The notes below the pieces were generated by a model. It was not told where the DNA came from. It saw nothing but the letters and a program-made list of their open reading frames with translations, and did no database searches. A DNA stretch of 64,000 nucleotides from the NCBI GenBank assembly GCA_964582615.1, contig CAZORP010000003.1:2091-66090 (forward strand), written 5' to 3'. This DNA is from an uncultured Gammaproteobacteria bacterium. GTDB taxonomy: Bacteria > Patescibacteriota > Patescibacteriia > UBA9934. The translations under genes and the position numbers were made by a program. Shown in pieces: positions 38,538 through 48,957 of the stretch (the stretch's first letter is position 1; each line of letters begins with the position of its first letter).

Positions 38538-40807
38538 GCATTCTCCTCATTGTTGAGTCTCCAACAAAAGCAAAAACAATTACAAAATTTCTTGGAAAAG
38601 ACTACGAAGTCCTTTCTTCTTTTGGGCATATTCGCGATCTTCCTGAGCGATCTATTGGCGTTGCTGTGAATGATGGATTCACACCGACGTACGAGGTTCC
38701 TGTTGATAAAAAGCCCAAGGTAAAAGCTCTTCAAGATGCCGCAAAAAAAGCTTCAGTGGTATATCTTGCAACCGACGAAGACCGAGAAGGAGAAGCTATC
38801 GCATGGCATATTGCAGAGGTATTAAAACTTCCCATCGCCGCAACGCAACGAATCACTTTTCATGAAATTACCAAAACTGCCATTACCGAGGCTCTCACAC
38901 ATGCAAGAACGCTCGACATGAAGCTTGTTGACGCACAACAAACTCGTCGAATTCTTGATCGCCTCGTTGGTTACGAGCTCTCTCCACTACTTTGGAAGAA
39001 AGTCCGTCGAGGCCTTTCGGCGGGACGCGTGCAGTCGGTTGTCGTGCGCATGATCGTCGAGCGAGAGCGCGAACGACAAGCTTTTGTAAGTCAAGAATAC
39101 TGGAGCATTGAAGGTACCTTCCAAAAAGATGGCGAAGTGTTTCCCGCAAAACTCCATGCGCGCGCAGGAAAAACTCTTGAAAAAACCGAAATCGCCGATG
39201 AGAAGACCGCGGAAAGCCTCGCGAATATTGCACGCGAAGGAATGTTTATCGTTTCCGCAAAAGAAACAAAGGAGGTTCAAAAGAAGAGTCCGACACCACT
39301 TACAACATCAACACTTCAACAGGAGGCCTATAATCGCCTTGGCATGAGCGCAAAGCAGACCATGACACTCGCGCAAAAGCTTTACGAGACTGGAAAGATT
39401 ACGTACATGCGTACCGACTCCATGAATCTCAGCGACGACTTCCTTCAAGCTACGCAAGGCTACCTTCGAGAAACCTTTGGTGAGGCTTATGCAAAAGGAC
39501 CCGTGCGCTATAAAACCAATAAAAAAGGTGCGCAAGAAGCTCACGAAGCAATTCGTCCAACGTCTCCAACGCTAACTCCTGAACTTTTTACCGCAGAGGA
39601 TTCTGGCACAAAAAAGCTCTACGAACTTATTTGGCGAAGAACTATCGCCTCCCAACTCCCACCTGCAAAGATTTCTCGCACAAGTATTGATCTTTCGGCG
39701 GAAGATCTTACTTTCCGAGCGACCGGCGCATCGGTGGTATTTTTGGGATACATGAAAGTCTGGAAAGCCGCAGACGATAAGCTTCTCCCCTCGCTTGAAC
39801 AGGGTGACATTCTTGGGAAACCTCAGGAGATTCTTGCCGAAAAGCACGTCACCGAACCACCTGCACGCTTTAGCGATGCAACACTTGTAAAAACTCTTGA
39901 GGAGCATGGTATTGGTCGCCCTTCAACATACGCACCAACCATCGCAACAGTCATTGATCGTGGATATGTTTTACGCGACGATAATAATCGACTGTATCCT
40001 GCGGATGTTGCGAGAATTGTTTCGGAACTCCTTCAAGAACACTTCCCTTCAATTGTTGACTACACATTTACCGCAGGAATGGAAAAACAGCTTGATGATA
40101 TCGCTGAAGGAGAGATTGGTTGGCAAGAAGTTCTCGAACGTTTTTACACACCATTCCACGAAACCATTGCACAAAAAACCAAAGAACTTACCCGTGAAAC
40201 ACTTCAACAGTCACGCGTTCTTGGCAATGATTCTGCAACAGGACTTCCTCTCATACTTCGTTCGGGAAGATTTGGCATTTACGTACAGGTTGGCGAGGAA
40301 AAAGAAGAGGGGGAAAAGCCTCGTCGAGCAAGCCTTCCCAAAGAGGCACTCTTTGATACGGTAACCCTCGATGACGCGCTTCGCGCACTTGCACTACCGA
40401 GAACCTTGGGAATTCTCCCATCGGGAAATCCACTCATTGCAAACGATGGAAGATTTGGACCTTATCTTTCTGTTGAAAAACAATACGTCTCACTTCCACA
40501 AGGATACGACCCAAGAACTTTATCTTTTGAAGACGCGGTCAGGATCTTCACTGAAGGAGTTGAGAGGAAAGCTCGGGCGCAAACCCCACTTGCTCGACTT
40601 GGTACAAATCAGGATGGAAAAGAAATTCTCGTAAGGGATGGTCGCTACGGTATCTACGTTACCGATGGAACGATAAATGCCACACTCCCCAAGAATCTTT
40701 CCCCGGAACACATCACCCTCGCGCAAGCCGAAGAGCTTCTTGCAAAAAAAGCTAAAGCTCCTACAAAGAACTTGCGTGGAAGAAAAACAAAACGCACATC
40801 ATCATGA
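38534..40807 (+). CDS. topA: DNA topoisomerase I with C-terminal repeats
   Basis: IVESPTK, LATDEDREGEAI, SAGRVQS, ITYMRTDS and GIGRPSTY motifs; GRFG/GRYG C-terminal repeats. Confidence 0.99.
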   Translation: MSILLIVESPTKAKTITKFLGKDYEVLSSFGHIRDLPERSIGVAVNDGFTPTYEVPVDKKPKVKALQDAAKKASVVYLATDEDREGEAIAWHIAEVLKLPIAATQRITFHEITKTAITEALTHARTLDMKLVDAQQTRRILDRLVGYELSPLLWKKVRRGLSAGRVQSVVVRMIVERERERQAFVSQEYWSIEGTFQKDGEVFPAKLHARAGKTLEKTEIADEKTAESLANIAREGMFIVSAKETKEVQKKSPTPLTTSTLQQEAYNRLGMSAKQTMTLAQKLYETGKITYMRTDSMNLSDDFLQATQGYLRETFGEAYAKGPVRYKTNKKGAQEAHEAIRPTSPTLTPELFTAEDSGTKKLYELIWRRTIASQLPPAKISRTSIDLSAEDLTFRATGASVVFLGYMKVWKAADDKLLPSLEQGDILGKPQEILAEKHVTEPPARFSDATLVKTLEEHGIGRPSTYAPTIATVIDRGYVLRDDNNRLYPADVARIVSELLQEHFPSIVDYTFTAGMEKQLDDIAEGEIGWQEVLERFYTPFHETIAQKTKELTRETLQQSRVLGNDSATGLPLILRSGRFGIYVQVGEEKEEGEKPRRASLPKEALFDTVTLDDALRALALPRTLGILPSGNPLIANDGRFGPYLSVEKQYVSLPQGYDPRTLSFEDAVRIFTEGVERKARAQTPLARLGTNQDGKEILVRDGRYGIYVTDGTINATLPKNLSPEHITLAQAEELLAKKAKAPTKNLRGRKTKRTSS

Positions 40808-40830
40808 TGTGCGTTTTTATTACCTACCCA

Positions 40831-43800
40831 TTATTCTGCGTCCGGAGCTGGCTCGATATAGCCCATCTTCCTCATGTCTTCTAAAGAAATTTTTTCACGC
40901 GTGAACTTGTCAAAGAATGTGATGTGAAGATCTCCTTCGCTATCACGCTCGGGAATCACCGCGATGTTGTCAATAGCCTTGCTAGAAAACCACGAATTGA
41001 GCAATCCGTCACGCTGAGCAATGGATCGAAGAAGTCGCGCGGAATTGTACCCATTACTCAATGCGCGTTGTTCGTCGCTGTTGAGACTTTCACGCATATC
41101 ATTAAGCGTACGACCCAAAACCTGCGTGATGCCATCTCCAGAATCCACAACGTATTCATCCGGTATGTTAACAACCTCCGCACCATCAAGACCATGTACA
41201 GGGTCTGGAGAGGGTTCATTGGGCGTAGTGACTTCAGCGGCATAAGGACCGGAGTCCGACTCACCCGACTCACTCGATGACTCAACCTCAGGTTCTACCG
41301 AATCACCTGATTGATATTCTTTAGGTTCATAATCGGTGGGATCTTGAGGTTCGACAATAGGAACAGTATCCGCATCTTGTGAAAAACTATCACGCATCTC
41401 TTTATACGCATGCTCGATGCCGTTCTTCACATCACTTAATTTACTCTCAAGAGTAGCAACAACCCTTGCAATTCCGTCATCCAGATCTTCCGTCGCACTT
41501 TTATCAAGAATGGAAGGTAGTACAATACCCGCAAATCGTGCAAATTTTTGGAATGCAACAACTTGAGAAATCCTTCCGTTTCTTCCCTTGATATCAGCAC
41601 TGAACGAGGTAAACCCTTCAATAATAGCGGAACGCAATGTTCCCATGCGAGAGATTTCTTTCTTATCAAATTTTTCCTGCTTTCGAGCTTTTTGATATCG
41701 ATACGCAAGAGCAAGAGCGCCATATGCAGGCGTTCGCAGTGCGGTATATCCCGGAATAGCCCAAGTTATAAGCGTGTTGACACCTTGCTTTATTACCTGT
41801 TCACCAGAAACGCGGGTACGAATTTCGTGGTCGAGAATTCTCGCAACTTCAGCTTGATACGCACGCTCGCGATCTTCAAGATCCCGTATCGCCTCACTCC
41901 GCTGATGCCCTAATCTTTCAAGAATTTCTCGCTTTTTATTTTCTTGAAGGTATCGTGAGCTCTTAATGCGAGCTTCCATGGCAGAGAAACGGTCTTCAAG
42001 CTCTTTCACCTTCTTACCCTCAACATCATTAGACTCTACATCGGCTCTACCCTCGAGAACACGAAGAATATCTTCACGCTCTTGTTTTGTGTAGTGCATT
42101 TGTGTCAAGAAACGTGGAAGATCCGCAAAGAACTTTACACCAAGCGCCGTGCCAACACCTTGAAAAATCGTCGTTCCCACACATTTACGAAGAAACGCCA
42201 TTCTACTCTCAGTATTTTCGGATTTGACGTATTCACCTTTGACGTGTACGCGGTACGCATCACTTTCAACAACACGTTCGCGAGCTCCCGATATCCACGA
42301 CTTCATGCGATTAAACACTCCCGATGACGCCTCCTGCATCTTCAATACAAGACTTGGTTCAGGAATCGCCCCCGCCTCAGATGCACTCCGAAGTTTTTCA
42401 CGCACCTTTTTTTCCACGCCGCGTACAAAAATCTGCGTGTGAGCAGGGTTTTCAAAAATAAAATCCTCCTTTATTGCAGTGAGTCTTTCTGAAGCATGCC
42501 TTGCCATTACATCTCCAATACTATTGAGTGCCGGAAGAATTTGAGCCTTACCGTGCAATCCTTGTAGTCTATCCAAAATATAGTCAAGCCTCGTCTTAGG
42601 ATTTGCTGAGTAAAAATCTTGATGATGGGAGGTGTCAATAAACCCCATCCACACACGTTGATCAGTAATGAGCCAATACAAAATCGTCGCAACAGTATTT
42701 TGAGTCCTCTCATTTTCAGCACGCTTAAGAGATTCTCTATCTTTCTCTGTAGATTCAGGGAGAGGAAGTACCACAAGATTATCCAACTTATCCTCACGAT
42801 TAGGTCCCTGATCCTGACCTTGTAGAGTTTGATTATCTCTTGTAGTTGAAACTGGAGCTTCAGGTTGAACGGGAAATCCTTCTCCAGGAGGAATGATGGG
42901 AATTCGTAACGCTGTTTCGCTGAGACGGGGAGGTATTGACTGGTCTGGAATAGTGATAGAATCGCCTTTATTCAAAGAGTCTTCTGATAACTCAGCGATT
43001 CGAGGAATTCGTATGGGAGAAAGTTTTTGATCCGGAAATTCGACCGGCCGCTCATTAAGTTTTAAAGAATCATCCTCTGTCTTGGAATGAGAATCTTGAG
43101 ATATTTTTTTAAGCTTCTCTTTGGCATTGAAAAACATTTGCTTTCCTTTTTCTGAGAGGGACTCGGATACCAGATTTTCAAGTCCCACAACCGTTGATTG
43201 TTGACTCATTCTTCCGGAACGCACAATCTTTCTCATTTTTTCTTGAGATGACCACAAATCGTCCTCAAACATAAGCCGATTAATCATCCCCGCAACCTCT
43301 TCCCCCTCAGCCTTAGAAATTTTCTCACGATCCGGATTGATCGCGATGGGCTGTGAAATTTGTTTTTCTTGAGGGAGCGTTGCCTTCGAACTCGAGACCC
43401 GAAAAACTCTCTCAAGCTCACCTTCATACTTCTCAAGAAGCTTCTTGCCGTCTTCGGTAAGCGAGTCAGAAAGCACCTCTTTTATACGTGAAAATGGCTC
43501 ATTCTGAATATCCGCAATAGACGCCTTGTAGGCGTTATCATTAAGCGTCCTGGCAAACTGCAAAAAAAACTTTTCCTTATCTTGAGAAAGCTCGTGAAAA
43601 AGATTTTTTACAACCTCACACTCAGCAAACATCCGCAGTCCTTTTTCACTAAGAAACTCTGACAAGCTACCTTTCAGATCGGCAATCGTGTTATGTGGTA
43701 CCATAACAGAATCCTTCCCTTCTCGAATCCATTCCATCATAGTGCCTCGATCCCCCACCTCTTTAGCCTCTTTAGCCTCTTTAGACCAAAGATCATCATC

Positions 43801-44199
43801 CTCCATGAGTCGATTAATCATCTCTTTGAGTGCCTTTTTCTCCAAGAATTCCGCACCATCCTCATCAAGTTCAACATCAACAATAGAAGGTTTCTGATCG
43901 TTCTGACTATCCTGCTTATTCAGCATGCGAGCCTCTTCAATGATGATATTCTCCGGAGAAGGTGGAGCGGGTTGATCCCGATCTGAAATCATACCCTCCA
44001 CAACGCTCTCACGACTACCTTTCCGCCTCTTTTCTTCCGACAGAGCCGCATTATCGAACCTGGTCATCAGATCATCCCACTCTGCTTGTGACATTCCCTG
44101 CCCCTGTTGGCTGGAGATCCCGCCCATCTCCCTAAGATTAGGCATTTGCTTGGTACTACCCGCAGAATGATCATTTCCTATTTCTATTTTCTCAGGCAT
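40831..44199 (-). CDS. large hypothetical protein with internal repeats and C-terminal LysM-like domain
   Basis: About 1120-aa ORF with repeated MINRLMxxDDLWS and LSEKGxxMF; C-terminal YVVDSGDGITQVL. Confidence 0.75.
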   Translation of the reverse strand: MPEKIEIGNDHSAGSTKQMPNLREMGGISSQQGQGMSQAEWDDLMTRFDNAALSEEKRRKGSRESVVEGMISDRDQPAPPSPENIIIEEARMLNKQDSQNDQKPSIVDVELDEDGAEFLEKKALKEMINRLMEDDDLWSKEAKEAKEVGDRGTMMEWIREGKDSVMVPHNTIADLKGSLSEFLSEKGLRMFAECEVVKNLFHELSQDKEKFFLQFARTLNDNAYKASIADIQNEPFSRIKEVLSDSLTEDGKKLLEKYEGELERVFRVSSSKATLPQEKQISQPIAINPDREKISKAEGEEVAGMINRLMFEDDLWSSQEKMRKIVRSGRMSQQSTVVGLENLVSESLSEKGKQMFFNAKEKLKKISQDSHSKTEDDSLKLNERPVEFPDQKLSPIRIPRIAELSEDSLNKGDSITIPDQSIPPRLSETALRIPIIPPGEGFPVQPEAPVSTTRDNQTLQGQDQGPNREDKLDNLVVLPLPESTEKDRESLKRAENERTQNTVATILYWLITDQRVWMGFIDTSHHQDFYSANPKTRLDYILDRLQGLHGKAQILPALNSIGDVMARHASERLTAIKEDFIFENPAHTQIFVRGVEKKVREKLRSASEAGAIPEPSLVLKMQEASSGVFNRMKSWISGARERVVESDAYRVHVKGEYVKSENTESRMAFLRKCVGTTIFQGVGTALGVKFFADLPRFLTQMHYTKQEREDILRVLEGRADVESNDVEGKKVKELEDRFSAMEARIKSSRYLQENKKREILERLGHQRSEAIRDLEDRERAYQAEVARILDHEIRTRVSGEQVIKQGVNTLITWAIPGYTALRTPAYGALALAYRYQKARKQEKFDKKEISRMGTLRSAIIEGFTSFSADIKGRNGRISQVVAFQKFARFAGIVLPSILDKSATEDLDDGIARVVATLESKLSDVKNGIEHAYKEMRDSFSQDADTVPIVEPQDPTDYEPKEYQSGDSVEPEVESSSESGESDSGPYAAEVTTPNEPSPDPVHGLDGAEVVNIPDEYVVDSGDGITQVLGRTLNDMRESLNSDEQRALSNGYNSARLLRSIAQRDGLLNSWFSSKAIDNIAVIPERDSEGDLHITFFDKFTREKISLEDMRKMGYIEPAPDAE

Positions 44200-44203
44200 A
44201 CAA

Positions 44204-44551
44204 TTAATTACGTTTTCCACCTGCTCTTTCAAGAGCATTAAGTTCATCTTCAAGCGCATCAAGCGATGCATGTGCCGCGTGAATAGTTCCCGCGTTCGCA
44301 AGATCTTTACGCATCATCTGCGCCTTGATTTCAAGAATGACATCTTCAAGAACTGACTGCTGTTGGCGGTTGAGATGCTCAAGAAGAACTTTTTCAAGAA
44401 GCTGTAACTGTTCAATGCTCATGCGAGGAACAAGCACCGCAATCGCTCCCTGCGTGTCCTCAGGAATTCCTGAGTGTTGAAGCAATTGAGCAAGGCGTTC
44501 TCCGTACTTTCTCGCATCGTCGAGAACGTTAAGTTGAGAAGATGATGACAT
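44204..44551 (-). CDS. hypothetical protein
   Basis: Short helical ORF just upstream of the large gene. Confidence 0.6.
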   Translation of the reverse strand: MSSSSQLNVLDDARKYGERLAQLLQHSGIPEDTQGAIAVLVPRMSIEQLQLLEKVLLEHLNRQQQSVLEDVILEIKAQMMRKDLANAGTIHAAHASLDALEDELNALERAGGKRN

Positions 44552-44614
44552 AGAATGTCTATAGTGTAACACAATGCTCTTTACCTTTTTTCTCTGAGGG
44601 AGTATGTTTTTTTC

Positions 44615-46102
44615 ATGCTTATACCATTGAACGATCTGCTCACATCCCTTGACGACCGATACACACCGGCCGATGTTGAACTAATCTCTCGTGCATACAC
44701 CTTTGCGGAAGCGGCTCACTTTGGACAAACCAGACATACAGGAGAGCCGTATTTTTCGCATTGCACGCAGGTTGCAAAAAAGCTCATAGAACTAAAACTC
44801 CCCAGCAATGTCATTGCCGCAGGCATCATGCACGACGTTCCCGAAGATACCGAAAAAACCCTCGAAGATATTCGAGAAGCATTCGATGAAGACATCGAAC
44901 ACATGGTTGCAGGAATTACCAAGCTTGGAAAAGTAAAATATCGAGGCGAGGAGCGTTACGCGGAAAATCTTCGTAAAATGTTCGTTGCAATGGCGGAAGA
45001 TGTACGGGTAATTTTTATTAAATTCGCCGATCGACTTCACAACCTCGAGACGCTTTATGCGCTTCCCGAAAATAAACGAAAGCGCATAGCGCAAGAGGTG
45101 CTCGAAATTTATGCACCCATCGCAAATCGCTTGGGTATGGGAGAGTACCGCGGTCTTTTTGAAGACTACGCTTTTAAGTATCTCGATCCAAAGGGCTATA
45201 GCTGGACACAACATCTTCTTGAGGAGCGCGTAAAAAAATTCGGGCCCTCACTCGATCGAGCACTCCACGCAGTGCAGGATGAACTCAAAAAGCACAACAT
45301 TAGCTTTATTGATGTTCACGGACGCGTAAAACATTGCTATAGCCTTAAACGAAAGCTAGACCGCTATAAAGGTGACATGAGTAAAGTGTACGATATCGTG
45401 GCGCTTCGCGTTGTTGTTCCTGATATTCCTTCGTGTTACGCCGCGCTGGGAGTTTTGCACAGCATGTACACCCCGCTCCCCGGACGCATTAAAGACTACA
45501 TCGCTCAACCAAAACCTAACGGCTACCAATCTCTCCACACAACGGTCTTTGACGATAGAAAAGCTATTCTTGAATTTCAAATTCGCACCCTGCAAATGCA
45601 CGAAGAAAACGAGTACGGTGTCGCGGCTCACTGGAAATATAAGGAGGGAAAAACCGCTGATGATCGACACGTTCACTGGATGGAAGAGCTTGCGGTTATT
45701 CAAAAAGAACTCTCTACTGCTGACTTCATGAAAGAACTTGCCGACTTTAAGCTCGACATGTTCCGAGATCGAATCTTCGTCTTCACTCCACGTGGCGACG
45801 TCATCGATCTTCCCGAAGACTCAACGCCCATTGACCTTGCCTACGCTATTCACACCGAAATCGGCAATAAAGCAACGCAGGCTCGTGTCAACGGAGAGCT
45901 TCGCCACCTTTCTCACGCATTACGATCGGGAGATTTTTGTGAAATTATTACCGATAAACAACGAAAATATCCCAGCGAAGATTGGCTGAGCTTTGTAAAA
46001 ACTCGTCATGCAAAACAGAAAATAAAAGATGCGTTAAAGGGCACTCGGCAAAGCCTCTGGTCTTCCTTTGTTAAACGAGCCGTTGGTGGAAAAAAAGAAT
46101 AG
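44615..46102 (+). CDS. rel: RelA/SpoT (p)ppGpp synthetase/hydrolase (HD + SYNTH + TGS, no ACT)
   Basis: HFGQTRHTGEPY, HDVPED, KFADRLHN, KDYIAQPKPNGYQSLHT, EFQIRT and TGS motif FTPRG. Confidence 0.96.
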   Translation: MLIPLNDLLTSLDDRYTPADVELISRAYTFAEAAHFGQTRHTGEPYFSHCTQVAKKLIELKLPSNVIAAGIMHDVPEDTEKTLEDIREAFDEDIEHMVAGITKLGKVKYRGEERYAENLRKMFVAMAEDVRVIFIKFADRLHNLETLYALPENKRKRIAQEVLEIYAPIANRLGMGEYRGLFEDYAFKYLDPKGYSWTQHLLEERVKKFGPSLDRALHAVQDELKKHNISFIDVHGRVKHCYSLKRKLDRYKGDMSKVYDIVALRVVVPDIPSCYAALGVLHSMYTPLPGRIKDYIAQPKPNGYQSLHTTVFDDRKAILEFQIRTLQMHEENEYGVAAHWKYKEGKTADDRHVHWMEELAVIQKELSTADFMKELADFKLDMFRDRIFVFTPRGDVIDLPEDSTPIDLAYAIHTEIGNKATQARVNGELRHLSHALRSGDFCEIITDKQRKYPSEDWLSFVKTRHAKQKIKDALKGTRQSLWSSFVKRAVGGKKE

Positions 46103-46109
46103 CGATTCG

Positions 46110-47111
46110 CTATTCTTTTTCTTCTTCATGATACATACCTTCATCATCGCCACCCGAAATCTCAACATCTTTTCCAAGAATCTCACCCACCAAACGGCGA
46201 AGATCTTCTTTTGAGTAATAGGAAATAACAACTCGTCCTCCCCCTCCACGATGTTCAAGTGCAACTTTTGTCCCCAATTTTTCCCGAAGATTTCTTTCAA
46301 GCGCAAGAACGTTGGGATCTTTGATACCCTTTGTACGCTCGCCATGAAGGCGTCTTGTGGTACGAATTTCAGCTTCACGAACCGACATTCCCTCCCCCTG
46401 TAGCATTTTTGCAAATAGCGTTCTGCGTAGCGTGGGAACTGGCTCCGCAAGAAGAGTACGCGCGTGACTTTTTGTAATGCGACCCTCTTCAAGAGCTGAA
46501 AGCATGTCGCTATCAAGCTCAAGAAGACGGAGGGTGTTACTCACCAGCGAACGACTCTTCCCTACTCTTCGAGCAATTTCTTCATGCGAGAGACCATATT
46601 CATGCACCAATCGATCGTACGCTCGAGCTTCTTCGCTACCGTGTAGATTTTCACGTTGAATGTTTTCAATGAGCGCAAGAATGAGCTTATCGCGAAGAGG
46701 AAGCGCCTTTCGCACAAGAACGGGAACTTGAGTGAGTCCAGCTTTTTTAGCGGCACGCAAGCGACGTTCACCAGCAAGAAGCTCATAGTGACCCTCTGTG
46801 GTTTCTATAGCAACAAGCGGCTGAAGAATGCCATGCTCACGAATGCTCTCCGCAAGATCATCAAGTGCATCCTCATGAAAAACCGTTCGAGGCTGTTCAA
46901 CATTTGCATGAAGCGCCTGAATAGAAAGTGTACGAAGAACCTGAGAACCCTCCTCGGAAGAGGTTTCGAGGGAAACGCTTGGAGTCTCCGATTCACGAGA
47001 TGGAACACGTTGCGTCACCGCATGAAATGCTTGCGTTGAACTTTGTGAAGGACCAAGAAGAGCTCCAAGACCCTTACCCAAACCAGCGGGTTTTATTTTA
47101 TCAGTCTGCAT
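46110..47111 (-). CDS. parB: chromosome partitioning protein ParB
   Basis: GLGKGLGALL, QPR, LAGERRLRA, ALIENIQRENL and an HTH. Confidence 0.97.
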   Translation of the reverse strand: MQTDKIKPAGLGKGLGALLGPSQSSTQAFHAVTQRVPSRESETPSVSLETSSEEGSQVLRTLSIQALHANVEQPRTVFHEDALDDLAESIREHGILQPLVAIETTEGHYELLAGERRLRAAKKAGLTQVPVLVRKALPLRDKLILALIENIQRENLHGSEEARAYDRLVHEYGLSHEEIARRVGKSRSLVSNTLRLLELDSDMLSALEEGRITKSHARTLLAEPVPTLRRTLFAKMLQGEGMSVREAEIRTTRRLHGERTKGIKDPNVLALERNLREKLGTKVALEHRGGGGRVVISYYSKEDLRRLVGEILGKDVEISGGDDEGMYHEEEKE

Positions 47112-47125
47112 AGATATCTCTCACA

Positions 47126-47905
47126 TTATGCCACAGGCTGATCATCCTGTTCACGCTCAAGAAATTCACGAGCAAGACGCTCATAAGCTTTCGCCGCTTT
47201 TGAGTATGGATCGTAGTGAAGAATGGTTTTTCCAAAACTTGGAGCCTCAGCCAATCGAACACTTCGAGGAATTACTGAACGATAAATTTTCCCAGGAAAG
47301 TGACGATACATCTCTTCCAAAACTTGACGAGAGAGCGTTGCGACAGGATTGAACATGGTAATAACCGCCCCGCGAATTTCAAGTTTTTCATTAAGATGCT
47401 GGCGAATAAGCTGTACCGTTTGGAGGAGCTGACCGAGTCCCTCCAAAGCGTAGTATTCAGCCTGCACAGGAACAAGAACGCTATGACTAGCAACAAGTCC
47501 GTTAACCGTCAAAAGTCCAAGTGATGGAGGATTGTCAATAATAACGTAATCGTACGACTCACTCAAGCCATCAAGAGCTTGCTTGAGACGTCGTTCACGA
47601 TTAAACTCATTGACTAATTCCACCTGCGCTCCTGCGAGGTTTGGATTTGCCGCCAAGAGAAAAAGACGCTCATGAGGCGTATCAAGTACAACGTCACTCG
47701 CCTGCTTTGACCCCATGAGTACTTCATATGTTCCAAGAACATCATTGGGAGCATGACCGAGTCCGCTTGTCGCATTTCCCTGAGGATCAAGGTCTACAAG
47801 AAGAACGCGTTTTCCAAAATGCGACAAAAATGCCGCAAGATTCACCGAAGTTGTTGTTTTTCCAACACCACCTTTTTGATTTACCACGGATACCACCTGT
47901 GCCAT
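47126..47905 (-). CDS. parA: chromosome partitioning ATPase ParA/Soj
   Basis: NQKGGVGKTT, DLDPQGN, PPSLGLL and LAEAPSFG motifs. Confidence 0.97.
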   Translation of the reverse strand: MAQVVSVVNQKGGVGKTTTSVNLAAFLSHFGKRVLLVDLDPQGNATSGLGHAPNDVLGTYEVLMGSKQASDVVLDTPHERLFLLAANPNLAGAQVELVNEFNRERRLKQALDGLSESYDYVIIDNPPSLGLLTVNGLVASHSVLVPVQAEYYALEGLGQLLQTVQLIRQHLNEKLEIRGAVITMFNPVATLSRQVLEEMYRHFPGKIYRSVIPRSVRLAEAPSFGKTILHYDPYSKAAKAYERLAREFLEREQDDQPVA

Positions 47906-47968
47906 AGTTGGCACTATCGTATCACGAGAGGAAAAGAAAAACACCGATTCCGTCCACATAAAATACTC

Positions 47969-47997
47969 TTGCGTAAACACCCGCGTCTTGCTATACT
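47969..47997 (+). promoter_or_regulatory. promoter for tRNA pair
   Basis: TTGCGT-17 nt-TATACT with extended TG. Confidence 0.65.
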
Positions 47998-48036
47998 TTT
48001 CCCCGCATCTGCACGGTATACTCCCTGCGTGCACAT

Positions 48037-48123
48037 GCCTTGGTGGCGGAATTGGTATACGCGACGGACTCAAAATCCGTTTCCAGCAATGGATTGAGGG
48101 TTCGAGTCCCTCCCAAGGCACCA
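48037..48123 (+). tRNA. tRNA-Leu(CAA)
   Basis: Acceptor GCCTTGG/CCAAGGC, anticodon arm ACGGA-CTCAAAA-TCCGT, long variable arm, TTCGA, encoded CCA. Confidence 0.97.
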
Positions 48124-48143
48124 TAGCGGTTTCCGCACTTTAT

Positions 48144-48220
48144 GACTGGGTAGCTCAGCTGGTTAGAGCGAAGGACTCATAAGCCTTAGGTCGTGGGTTC
48201 AAGTCCCACCCTAGTCACCA
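48144..48220 (+). tRNA. tRNA with CAT anticodon (probably Ile2, possibly elongator Met)
   Basis: GACTGGG/CCTAGTC acceptor, CTCATAA loop, TTCAA, CCA; no initiator features. Confidence 0.9.
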
Positions 48221-48249
48221 AAAAATCCTCTCATGTGAGAGGATTTTTT
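48221..48249 (+). terminator. terminator after tRNA pair
   Basis: AAAAATCCTCTCA/TGAGAGGATTTTTT inverted repeat. Confidence 0.75.
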
Positions 48250-48277
48250 ATTATCATCTTAAATAACATTCTCTATA

Positions 48278-48385
<108 letters not shown>

Positions 48386-48480
48386 ATGGATAGGCGGTGA
48401 GAGTGTAGCACGAAGCAAAAACTGACGCAAGTAAACCTTTTCCCAAGAAAGAAAGCGTGCTATACTTTTTCGCATTCTGT

Positions 48481-48957
48481 ATGACACTTACCACGCATGC
48501 GGCAATTGGCGCCGCTCTTGGATCATGCATTGGCAATCCCCTTCTTGGTTTTGCACTCGCCCTTGCATCACATTTTCTCGTTGACATCATTCCCCACGGA
48601 GACAATAAACTCGCCGATAGTTACCGTGTGCTAAGAAAAAAACGTGCAGGAATGGCTTACGTGACCCTAGACGCCGCAACCGCCATCATCTTCCTCATGC
48701 TCATACTCCCCACGCAAGCAGAACACACCACAGGATCTTTAGCATTTTCCTCTGCGGTTATTGGAAGTGTTCTCCCCGACTTCTGCGTTGCCCTTAAAGA
48801 GCTTTTTCCAAGAAATACTCTTTTAAAGAAAATATTTGCCGTGCATTTCTTTTTTCACGACTGCATTTCACGAACATGGGGTGATGTTCGACTTTCGTAC
48901 GCGCTCGCCGCTCAAGCTATTTTTATCGCACTACTCACACATTACGTCATCCTCTAG
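48481..48957 (+). CDS. membrane protein, putative metal-dependent hydrolase (YdjM-like)
   Basis: THAAIG, SHFLVDIIPH, LPD and HFFFH in TM helices. Confidence 0.7.
   Translation: MTLTTHAAIGAALGSCIGNPLLGFALALASHFLVDIIPHGDNKLADSYRVLRKKRAGMAYVTLDAATAIIFLMLILPTQAEHTTGSLAFSSAVIGSVLPDFCVALKELFPRNTLLKKIFAVHFFFHDCISRTWGDVRLSYALAAQAIFIALLTHYVIL

Noticed and set aside
43758-43784. 9-bp tandem repeat (CCTCTTTAG x3)
   Set aside because: In-frame coding microrepeat (SKE-AKE-AKE); cannot cause phase variation by frameshift.
46110-48036. parS palindrome near parAB
   Set aside because: No convincing TGTTTCACGTGAAACA-like site found by eye.
47906-48124. N-terminal extension of ParA in the ORF track
   Set aside because: It runs antisense through tRNA-Leu and its promoter; homology starts at MAQVVSVV (47905).
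48454-48480. GTG start at 48457 for the membrane hydrolase gene
   Set aside because: It overlaps the TG-c-TATACT promoter element; ATG 48481 fits better.
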